Below are positions 1 through 8,126 of a DNA stretch of 17,590 nt, piece by piece (the stretch's first letter is position 1; every line of letters starts with the position of its first letter). Origin of the DNA: an uncultured archaeon (lineage in GTDB: Archaea > Asgardarchaeota > Lokiarchaeia > Sigyniarchaeales > SOKP01); assembly GCA_964447495.1 (NCBI GenBank), contig CAYUTF010000070.1:1-17590 (forward strand). Reading direction: 5' to 3'. Made by a program: the position numbers and the translations under genes. The notes beneath the pieces are model-generated. The model saw nothing but the letters and a program-made list of their open reading frames with translations, did no database searches and was not told the origin of the DNA.

Positions 1-165
1 TTTAAAACTCTTGAATATTTAAAAGGTATTAGGTTATATTTTGGTAATGGAGATCAGTGATTGGTTTTCTAGTAACAGATCTTTCAATTCTTTTATTATA
101 GAATCAATATTATCCTTATTTTTAATTTTTATAATTAAATATTAAGAAATTTGAAAAATGTTGCA

Positions 166-408
166 CTATAACCAGTGATCTAATGTCATATTACCATTTG
201 GTATAACATATCCTTGCTTTTGCAAAGTAGCCTTTCCATTTAATAAAATTTTTTCGGGTATTGCGGTATGATGAATAAACAGGAAAGTATTACGCTTATT
301 TCCAAAGAACCGACGCTTTATTTCGAGAGGTTTAATCTGAGATCCACAGTTCATACAAATTACTTGATTCTCTGTGACAGGTTTATGGCAATATTGACAT
401 TTATTCAT
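166..408 (-). CDS. Small zinc-ribbon protein (CxxC...CxxC) with C-terminal PIP-box-like tail
   Basis: ATG-started 80-aa ORF. The N-terminal CQYC-x10-CMNCG is a typical zinc ribbon. Ends in NMTLDHWL. Confidence 0.7.
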   Translation of the reverse strand: MNKCQYCHKPVTENQVICMNCGSQIKPLEIKRRFFGNKRNTFLFIHHTAIPEKILLNGKATLQKQGYVIPNGNMTLDHWL

Positions 409-542
409 ATTAATTTAATAGAGTTGAACTAGTATTTAAGAATGAGTTTGATAACCGCTTAGATATTACTTATATTTAAATATGAACTTATTAAATTCTT
501 AATATCAATTTCATTGAATTACTTTAGATAAGGCATAGTTAG

Positions 543-968
543 TTGGTAGAATATCTGCAGGATTTTTTAATTATCAAAGATGGAGGGAAAGTGATCTTTA
601 GTACTTCCTCTGATATTATAACAGATGAAGTTCTCTTTGGTGGCTTTTTAGAGGCAATAAAAGGATTCTACAATCTCTCATTAGAAGATGAGTTACTTTC
701 AATTGAAGGAAGAAAATATCGTATTACTTTTATTCTAAAAGAAGGTCTTGAATTTATTGGCATCTCTCGATCATTTATTAATGAAAGTCGTGCTCATAAA
801 GAATTGGAATTTTTCACGGATATGTTTCTATCGAAGTATCATGATATTATGGTAAAATGCAATGGAACGGATGTACGGAAATATAAATCATTTGAAACCT
901 ATATTAAGAAAACTATTAACGAAATAGTTTTTGGACAATTAGAACGAAATCTCCTGCCCAATCTTTAA
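543..968 (+). CDS. Stand-alone longin-like domain protein (Asgard type)
   Basis: 141 aa, TTG start. Pattern LQDFLIIKDGGKVIF (beta hairpin), DEVLFGGFLEAIKGF (helix), three beta strands, then ELEFFTDMFLSKY (helix) fits the beta-beta-alpha-beta-beta-beta-alpha-alpha longin topology. Confidence 0.65.
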   Translation: MVEYLQDFLIIKDGGKVIFSTSSDIITDEVLFGGFLEAIKGFYNLSLEDELLSIEGRKYRITFILKEGLEFIGISRSFINESRAHKELEFFTDMFLSKYHDIMVKCNGTDVRKYKSFETYIKKTINEIVFGQLERNLLPNL

Positions 969-1006
969 ACAATTCTTAATATCTTTTCTAGTTATTCAAT
1001 AGGTTC

Positions 1007-1444
1007 TTAATATAAGGACTGTAAATCTTTTTCTAATTGAGGTTCATTGAGACATCCCCTTTTTATATTAGTTTCAAGTTCTTTTTTAAGAAGACTCTCC
1101 AGTGAACTCTGATTGTTGAGGTGTGCAGCTACTTGTAATACAAGTTTTTCATTTTCAATAATTTTAGTTAAAAACACAAAAATAATGATAATTATAGCCT
1201 CATTAACATTCCTTGAACCTAAGACTATAATTTTATTTTGATTAAATAATATTCCTTCATAACTAAAGATATTTGTATTCCCCCACTTCTGAATTTTAAA
1301 TTTGAGAAAATCTAATACACCAATTATATCAAGTGGATTTTTAGATTCATTTAAATTAAAGAAAATGCCACACTTTTCTTTTTGCTCATATTTTTCCAAT
1401 AATAACTTAATTTTAATACGGAACTCTTTACAAATATCTTTCAT
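1007..1444 (-). CDS. Hypothetical protein
   Basis: 145-aa ATG-started ORF filling the space between neighbours. No motif recognised. Confidence 0.65.
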   Translation of the reverse strand: MKDICKEFRIKIKLLLEKYEQKEKCGIFFNLNESKNPLDIIGVLDFLKFKIQKWGNTNIFSYEGILFNQNKIIVLGSRNVNEAIIIIIFVFLTKIIENEKLVLQVAAHLNNQSSLESLLKKELETNIKRGCLNEPQLEKDLQSLY

Positions 1445-1775
1445 TTTATTCTAAAGATAAAAAATTTCAAATGACTTTTTAAGTAACTGATTGAAATTTC
1501 GAATTTATATTGTATTAATAAATAAATCTTTAATTTAAGGTAATAAAGTCATCAAGGTTATCAGTTATTAACAATAGAATTTATAAAGATTGTTAAATTT
1601 TAAATTTTTTAATTTCTTGTAAGAAATGTTAAAATATTTAATAAAAAGATTATTCTCATTAACCGAAAAAATTATCAAATTAGTGACTCCTAATTATTTA
1701 TAAATAAATTTTCCTTTATAAAAATTAATTCAAAATAAAGCGATAATTTATAAGTTTCTGACACAATTTTTAAAA

Positions 1776-3203
1776 GTGGATTTAGATATGAGCTTAGAAA
1801 AGTTAAAATCCCAATTTCCTAAGAAAGGACTTGCGAAATATTTTCACCAAAAAGGTTTAAAATCGCAGAGAGAGCTATTCCCAAATGGAGGAGGTCCACA
1901 AGATGATTTTTTATATGGTTTTTTAGGTCTGATTTATGACGGAGTTAATAATCTGGGCGATATAAAACAGAAAATGCGTTATATATTTACAACAACCATG
2001 AGACAACTAGTAATAACTGATAAAAATGTTGATGAGTATCTTAAAATAGCTCAATTAAAAGAATTCGTTCAAATTAACAATAAAGATTATATTACTTTAA
2101 CGAAGGAGGGTCGAATCTATGTTGAAAGTTGCTATCTTGAAATACAACATGAATCCTATTGGTTAAAGAAATTTCTCAGCGAAAAGGCAGTAATGGGTAT
2201 TACCGCTTTATTTTTAGTAATTTTATCTACCTTGAAAATAATAACTGGATTACAAATATCCTCCCAGGGTATGATAACTGATGGATTTGAAAATCTAACG
2301 GACCTGATTAAAGTAGGTATTATTTTTATTGTTAGTCTTCAATTTAAAAAAGATAAACTTGCAAGCATAATTATTTTGCTTATGATGCTTTTTACGGGAG
2401 TAGGCTTAATCTGGTCAAGTATAGAAGCGTTAATATTTCCAATGATTATCGTTCCTACGGTACAAGGATTTTTTATAGTATTCTTGTCAATTACTCTTAA
2501 TCTGGGATTAATGTTTTTAAAAGGGCTTGTAGGAAAAACTTCAGGCAATCTTTCATTGATAAGTGATTCAAAGGATTCAAAGTTAAATATGTTAATATCT
2601 ACTGGTGTCATGATTGGATTAACCTTTGCCATTTTTAACCTCTACTTTGTTGATGCCCTTATAGCCATTATTATTGCTGTAATTGTTTCAAAGGAAGGTA
2701 TTGAAATTCTCATTGAAATCATAAGAAAACGTGAAGAATTCGATCTATCAACCCTAAAGATATTTGCGGATACACTTTATGATAATAGGCTCACAGGGTA
2801 TCTCTTGGCGAATATTGCAAGAGAATCGTTTGATCGAGAGACATTACTCCTAAAATTTGAGTATGGTTTAAATAGTGGACGAAAGTATTATAACGGGTTT
2901 GCCGACTTTTTTTATAAGGAATTAGAAGGAAAAGTGGCAGGAAAATATTTGGATACCTTGACTGAAGGAGGATATATTAAGTGTAATGATAATATATTAG
3001 AACTTACAAATAAAGGAAGAGAAAATTACTTAAAACTAAAACAACTTGAAAGATTCACTCATAAACAACACTTACGTGAAGGCTCATCAAAGAAAATGTA
3101 TGGTATACTCTCATCGATAATTTGTATTTCACTCATTGTGTTACTAATTCTTTTTGGGCCCTCAATCATTGAAAGTGTGAACTCGTGGTTAGCAAGCCTT
3201 TAG
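1776..3203 (+). CDS. Cation diffusion facilitator (CDF) family transporter core flanked by winged-helix-like domains
   Basis: Central ~6 hydrophobic segments with the CDF-like signatures SSQGMITDGFENLTD (TM2), GNLSLISDSKDSKLN (TM5) and FVDALIAIIIA (TM6). LTxxGR wing motifs occur on both sides. The true start may be the ATG at 1788 rather than the GTG at 1776. Confidence 0.8.
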   Translation: MDLDMSLEKLKSQFPKKGLAKYFHQKGLKSQRELFPNGGGPQDDFLYGFLGLIYDGVNNLGDIKQKMRYIFTTTMRQLVITDKNVDEYLKIAQLKEFVQINNKDYITLTKEGRIYVESCYLEIQHESYWLKKFLSEKAVMGITALFLVILSTLKIITGLQISSQGMITDGFENLTDLIKVGIIFIVSLQFKKDKLASIIILLMMLFTGVGLIWSSIEALIFPMIIVPTVQGFFIVFLSITLNLGLMFLKGLVGKTSGNLSLISDSKDSKLNMLISTGVMIGLTFAIFNLYFVDALIAIIIAVIVSKEGIEILIEIIRKREEFDLSTLKIFADTLYDNRLTGYLLANIARESFDRETLLLKFEYGLNSGRKYYNGFADFFYKELEGKVAGKYLDTLTEGGYIKCNDNILELTNKGRENYLKLKQLERFTHKQHLREGSSKKMYGILSSIICISLIVLLILFGPSIIESVNSWLASL

Positions 3204-3239
3204 TAAAAGTCGTGATTTTTCCTCATATCCTCTACATTT

Positions 3240-3247
3240 AAAAAAAA
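3240..3247 (-). terminator. Possible archaeal oligo-T terminator for the GH3 gene
   Basis: A8 on the + strand (T8 on the - strand) about 18 nt past the GH3 stop, in a convergent intergenic gap. The AT-rich background weakens this. Confidence 0.3.
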
Positions 3248-3264
3248 GCGCAAGTTTATTGAGA

Positions 3265-5304
3265 TTATATTTTTAGTTGAGTAGATACTAAATCTTCTTC
3301 TTTCGAAGAACTTCCCATGGATATTATATAAGGCATATCCTCAACTTCCCATCTCTTTGTTTCAGGGTTATACCATGCAAGGTTTTTTTTAGGAATTTCA
3401 ATTGTCACCTTCTGAGTTTGATTTGGACTTAGAAATACTTTTTTAAATCCTTTTAATAATTTTTTAGGTCTATCAACGTTGGAATTCTCAAAACCAACAT
3501 ATAATTGAATAACCTCCTCACCAGCGATTTTTCCTATATTGGAAACCTCTATAGAGGCAATTATTATATCACCAGAGCTTTTTACTTCTAAATTGTCATA
3601 TCGATATTGTGTGTAGCTTAAGCCGAAGCCAAAAGGAAATCTTGGATTAATTTCTTTCTTATCCATCAAAGTATACCCATGATAATATCCATATTCAATC
3701 TCATCTATATGAGCTTTAAAGTAGGGCAAATCAGACTCCTTTTTAGGTATTGTAAAAGGTAACTTTCCACTGGGATTAACTTTGCCAAATAATATGTCTG
3801 CAAGAGCATTTCCTCCTTGCATTCCGGAATACCAAGCCATTAATACCGCACTTACATTGTCTATCCATTGTTCCATCATAATAGCACTTCCCCCGATCAA
3901 AATTACAATAGTATTGGAGTTTAGGTCTGAAACTGTTTTAATAATATTAATATCATCTGCTTTTAACTCCAAAGATTCTCGATCTCCTACCCTTCGTATA
4001 AATTGGCGAATATATTCTCCTTCATCGCGAAAGGTATATCCCGCAATAATAACCACAGCATCAACATTTTGACTTAAATTTTTTACTTCTTCTAAATCCT
4101 TTCCCTCGGTATATACTACGTCTACTTTATTACCAACGAAATTTTTAATTCCTTGTAATGGAGTAACAATATTATCCTGGTGCACCTGGCTACTTCCATG
4201 ATCCCCTGTATTTTTTAAATCAGCTAATCTTCCAAAGACTGCTAATTTATTGATTGTGTTCATTTCTAATGGGAGTAAATCATTCGAATTTTTTAAAAGC
4301 ACCATACTTTTTTCTGCTACTTCACGCGAAAGTCTCACATGCTCTTCACAACCAACTAAATCTGAATGATATTGCTGAGGATCTTTTCGCGTGGTGTAGG
4401 AAAGCATGGTACTTATTATTCTACGTACGGAATCATCGATAAGATCGATCGATACTTCTCCCTTCTCTACTGCTTTTATTAATTTTGTTCCATAATGCTT
4501 CACTCGAGGCATCTCTACGTCCAAACCCCCATTTATACCTGCAATTGTATCATATAGCCCATCCATCCAATCAGAATGGACAAAACCTTTAAATTGCCAG
4601 TCTCCTTTAAGAATATCCCTTAGTAAATGTGTATTATGTCCACAATATTTTCCATTTAATTTATTGTATGCACTCATTACCGTTGCACATCCATTCTCAA
4701 TACATTTCTTAAAATGGGGTAGATATACTTCCCGAAGAGTGCGTTCATTCATCACTACGTTAACTTTAAACCGAGAATACTCGATACTATTTGCCGTAAA
4801 ATGTTTTATAGTTGCCATTACATTGTGTTTTTGTACTCCCCGAGATAGTGCCGATCCTAATTCACCGAGATGATAAGGGTCTTCTCCATATGTTTCTTGG
4901 GCTCGTCCCCATGCGGGATGGCGTAGGAGATTGATACATGGTGCTCCGTAAAGATTGCCTCCATGAGCTCGGACTTCCTTCCCTATTACTTCACCGACTT
5001 CTTCCTCAAGCTTTATATCCCAACTTGCCCCTCGTGCCATTGAAACGGGAAAACATGTAGACCCTGGAATTACAACCCCTCGTGGACCATCGATGAAACG
5101 AAAGGCAGGAATACCAAGTCTTTTAAGACCTCCTCCCGGTATTACACTCCTTCCTTTACCTCTATCTTTTAACATGATTTTAAAAAAATCATGGCCTGAC
5201 ATTAAATGTACTTTTTCCTTCAAAGTCATTTCTGATAATGCTTGAGATGCAAAATCTTCTATTTCTTGCGGAGTCAGTCCATCTTTAATCTTTAACACCA
5301 TCAA
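3265..5304 (-). CDS. Glycoside hydrolase family 3 beta-glucosidase with C-terminal fibronectin-III-like domain
   Basis: GH3 motifs DGPRGV, FPVSMARGASWD, GRAQETYGEDP, KHF, MSAYN, SDW (nucleophile Asp), SMVLLKN, NPSGKLPFT, FPFGFGLSYT and GEEVIQLY...LKGFKKV. No evident signal peptide. Likely start is the ATG at 5301. Confidence 0.95.
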   Translation of the reverse strand: MMVLKIKDGLTPQEIEDFASQALSEMTLKEKVHLMSGHDFFKIMLKDRGKGRSVIPGGGLKRLGIPAFRFIDGPRGVVIPGSTCFPVSMARGASWDIKLEEEVGEVIGKEVRAHGGNLYGAPCINLLRHPAWGRAQETYGEDPYHLGELGSALSRGVQKHNVMATIKHFTANSIEYSRFKVNVVMNERTLREVYLPHFKKCIENGCATVMSAYNKLNGKYCGHNTHLLRDILKGDWQFKGFVHSDWMDGLYDTIAGINGGLDVEMPRVKHYGTKLIKAVEKGEVSIDLIDDSVRRIISTMLSYTTRKDPQQYHSDLVGCEEHVRLSREVAEKSMVLLKNSNDLLPLEMNTINKLAVFGRLADLKNTGDHGSSQVHQDNIVTPLQGIKNFVGNKVDVVYTEGKDLEEVKNLSQNVDAVVIIAGYTFRDEGEYIRQFIRRVGDRESLELKADDINIIKTVSDLNSNTIVILIGGSAIMMEQWIDNVSAVLMAWYSGMQGGNALADILFGKVNPSGKLPFTIPKKESDLPYFKAHIDEIEYGYYHGYTLMDKKEINPRFPFGFGLSYTQYRYDNLEVKSSGDIIIASIEVSNIGKIAGEEVIQLYVGFENSNVDRPKKLLKGFKKVFLSPNQTQKVTIEIPKKNLAWYNPETKRWEVEDMPYIISMGSSSKEEDLVSTQLKI

Positions 5305-5428
5305 TTAATCACAGCTAATTTTGTTTTTAATTTATCCCCAGTGTTGATTAAAAATGTTTAATCAATTACTTAGGTTTAAAAATTAAAGATTCAATTAAAA
5401 TTTACTGTGTCAAATGGAAAATGCCAAA

Positions 5429-6307
5429 TTAACTCTCGTTTATAAAATTCTGAATGATCGGTATAATTTTTTGGGGAGCATCCTCTTGCAGAAAATGAGA
5501 GGCATTCTCGATTTCAAACTTTTCGATTCTTGGATAGATTTTGTCCCACCAGGCGATCATTTTCGTAGGGAAGATCGGATCTTTCATCCCCCAGATCAAT
5601 ATTTTTTCTTTTTCCTTTAAAATATCTAAATTTTGCCATATATAGTGCATAGTTTCAGCACTAGGATGGGAATCACCGACGGGAATGTCTTTTGGCCAAG
5701 CAAAAGCTCCAATAAGCGACTCCCTATTAGGGAATGGAGCACTATAGGCTTTTAACATCGAATCTGTAATCTGATTTTTGTTATATATACCCGATTTGAT
5801 AAGTCCTGCAATATCGGATATAAAGGACTCATAAATACCTTTTTCAATTAAAGGCTGATACCAAGGCTTAGATCCTTCCCTCATTACCCCAATACTAGTG
5901 TTCATAATAACCAATCGTTTTATCATATCTGGATTATGAACTCCAAATCCAATTCCTATAGGACCTCCCCAATCTTGCACTATTAAAGTGATATCATGTA
6001 AATTAAGTCCTAATAATAGTTTTGTACTATTTTCAAGATGCTGTTTGAGGATATAGGGTTTATCTTGAGGAACATCGCTCTTTCCAAACCCCATCTGATC
6101 TGGGACAATCACTCTATTACTTTTGGATAGCGTTTCAATAAAATTTCGATATAAGTAGCCCCAAGTAGGCATACCATGGAACAACACAATAGGTTCACCC
6201 TTTCCCTCATCAACATAGTGCATTTGGAACCCGTTGATCTTCTTATAATGGGGTTTATAGGGAAAAGTACCTTCAAAGGTTTCATCCCTTAGATATTCTC
6301 TCTTCAT
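5429..6307 (-). CDS. Alpha/beta-fold hydrolase, haloalkane dehalogenase / OleB-like
   Basis: MHYVDEG, HGMPTW, PDQMGFGKSD, nucleophile elbow VQDWGG (Asp-Trp), WGMKDP (catalytic acid) and ASHFLQED (catalytic His). Confidence 0.9.
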   Translation of the reverse strand: MKREYLRDETFEGTFPYKPHYKKINGFQMHYVDEGKGEPIVLFHGMPTWGYLYRNFIETLSKSNRVIVPDQMGFGKSDVPQDKPYILKQHLENSTKLLLGLNLHDITLIVQDWGGPIGIGFGVHNPDMIKRLVIMNTSIGVMREGSKPWYQPLIEKGIYESFISDIAGLIKSGIYNKNQITDSMLKAYSAPFPNRESLIGAFAWPKDIPVGDSHPSAETMHYIWQNLDILKEKEKILIWGMKDPIFPTKMIAWWDKIYPRIEKFEIENASHFLQEDAPQKIIPIIQNFINES

Positions 6308-6374
6308 GGAAAAAAACCAAAGTTTTTGAAAAATATAATTTTTCTCAATAATATATTTAAAATTAATAAATTAG

Positions 6375-7643
6375 TTGATTATTATGGTTGATGATAATTT
6401 AAATAGTTATATGTTAAAATTTATCGAAGACATCTGCAATGAAATCGGGCCACGAGAATCTGGAAAAGAACAAGAAATCCTTGCCGGCAATAAAATTGAA
6501 GAAGAACTAAAAAAATGTTGTGATGAAACTCATCAGGAGGAATATATTAGCAGTCCTCATGCGTTTTTAGGGGGAATCAGATATGGTGCGTTATTAGCTT
6601 TAGTTTCAATTGTTCTATATTGGCTTTCATTATTAATTGACCTCAATATTTTACCATTTCCCAACATATATAGTTTTATATTCACCTTAATCGCGGTGCT
6701 TTTAATAATTCTAACTATTAGCTATTTTATCACAGAAGTGATGAAATATCATGAGTTTTTTGATTTCTTATTTCCAAAAAGAACATCGAAAAATATAGTT
6801 GGAACTATAAATCCTACAAATGAGATAAAGCATACAATTATTTTTTCAGCTCACCACGATTCTCAATTTGAGTTTAATACTTTTTATTACTTTAAACGCT
6901 TTGGACAAATGATCATTAATTTTGGGTATTTAGGAGTCGCAATTATTTTTATTATCATTATCGTAAAAATTATCTTCCAAATAATTGCTTTTGAATTTGA
7001 TATTCTATTCTTTGCCTTTGGTATCTTCTTTCTTGCTTTTATTCCCATTGCATTGGCATATGTATTTTTTCATAGTTATAAACCCGTTCTTGGCGCTTTT
7101 GACAACTTATCTGGGGTTTCCATTGTATTAGGAATTGGAAAATATTTATACGATAATAAGGATAAAGATATTTTTCCCAAAAATACTAGAGTTTACTTAA
7201 TTTCATTTGCAGGAGAGGAAGCTGGGCTTCGAGGATCAAAACGGTATATTGAATCGCATTTAGAGGATCTAAAGAAAAATAAAACTCTCATTGTTAATAT
7301 GGATAGTATCGCTAAAAAAGGTTCACTGGTAGTTGTTGACAAAGAGCCAGGTATTGGTGCTACCCATGATCCCAAAATATATGAACCCTTGTATGACATA
7401 GCAAAAAAAGTTAATCCTATAGCGAAGATTGGAAAATTACCTTTTGGAGCAACGGATGCTGCGACGTTTAGTAAAAAAGGAATATCTGCCACAACGATCT
7501 CCGGATTAAATCTCTCGGACGAGTTAGTTCCTTACTATCACACGCGATTAGACACTCCCGAAGTTATTGAAAAAGAATCTTTAGGTCAAATAGTTGAGAT
7601 ATGTGTGAAATATCTTAATCTTATTGATAAGGGAGAAGCATGA
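6375..7643 (+). CDS. Membrane-embedded M28 family zinc metallopeptidase
   Basis: M28 ligand motifs SAHHDS, GAFDNLSG, GEEAGLRGS, NMDSI and YYHTRLDTPE, with about four hydrophobic helices inserted. Likely start is the ATG at 6384. Confidence 0.9.
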   Translation: MIIMVDDNLNSYMLKFIEDICNEIGPRESGKEQEILAGNKIEEELKKCCDETHQEEYISSPHAFLGGIRYGALLALVSIVLYWLSLLIDLNILPFPNIYSFIFTLIAVLLIILTISYFITEVMKYHEFFDFLFPKRTSKNIVGTINPTNEIKHTIIFSAHHDSQFEFNTFYYFKRFGQMIINFGYLGVAIIFIIIIVKIIFQIIAFEFDILFFAFGIFFLAFIPIALAYVFFHSYKPVLGAFDNLSGVSIVLGIGKYLYDNKDKDIFPKNTRVYLISFAGEEAGLRGSKRYIESHLEDLKKNKTLIVNMDSIAKKGSLVVVDKEPGIGATHDPKIYEPLYDIAKKVNPIAKIGKLPFGATDAATFSKKGISATTISGLNLSDELVPYYHTRLDTPEVIEKESLGQIVEICVKYLNLIDKGEA

Positions 7644-7660
7644 GTTTTGACCCTCTCTTA

Positions 7661-8065
7661 TTACGAGGATTCATATAAAAAAATAATTTTTTTAATATAG
7701 GTTTCAATAGAATTTAATGCATCGTTTACATGTGAGTTGTGATCAACAATGAATGTTAAAAATATATTCTCATCGCATTGAATGATAACAAGCATGTACA
7801 AATTTAACTCAGCAACAATTTTAATTAGCTTATTTTCACCTACTACTCTACTAAGACTGTTTGCACTCTCTAAAACTGATGCACACATCGAAGATAACTC
7901 ATGACCGTTTAAATTCTTAATATCGGTATTAAAAATATTATATATGAGCTCTCCATTCTTGTAAGATAGTAATATTCCTGGTAAATCTCCCTTTTGCTTT
8001 AACTCGTAAAGAATTTGTATTAACCGGCCAAATTTTTGGATAATACTACTATTTTCAGGATTCAT
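7661..8065 (-). CDS. Roadblock/LAMTOR-like domain protein (divergent)
   Basis: 134 aa with an alpha-beta-beta-alpha-beta-beta-beta-alpha pattern: GILLSYKNGELI, ELSSMCASVLESANSL (compare RIAAMTAALLSLSE in 15282..15662), IVAEL/MLVIIQC/IFLTFIV. Confidence 0.75.
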   Translation of the reverse strand: MNPENSSIIQKFGRLIQILYELKQKGDLPGILLSYKNGELIYNIFNTDIKNLNGHELSSMCASVLESANSLSRVVGENKLIKIVAELNLYMLVIIQCDENIFLTFIVDHNSHVNDALNSIETYIKKIIFLYESS

Positions 8066-8126
8066 GGTTTCTCTCAGATTGTATCTAATCTTAAATTATT
8101 TAATAAATTCACCTATAGAACAAACA

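Noticed and set aside
2339-2632. 97-aa minus-strand ORF
   Set aside because: Antisense shadow entirely within the CDF gene, with no motif.
3782-4873. Three plus-strand ORFs (3782..4072, 4254..4442, 4664..4873)
   Set aside because: Antisense shadows inside the well-supported GH3 gene.
5414-5620. 68-aa plus-strand ORF
   Set aside because: Overlaps the 3' end of the hydrolase on the opposite strand, with no protein-like features.
7193-7492. 99-aa minus-strand ORF
   Set aside because: Antisense to the M28 catalytic region.
7641-7643. TGA stop of the M28 gene as possible selenocysteine
   Set aside because: The domain is complete before the TGA, and a convergent gene ends 17 bp later.
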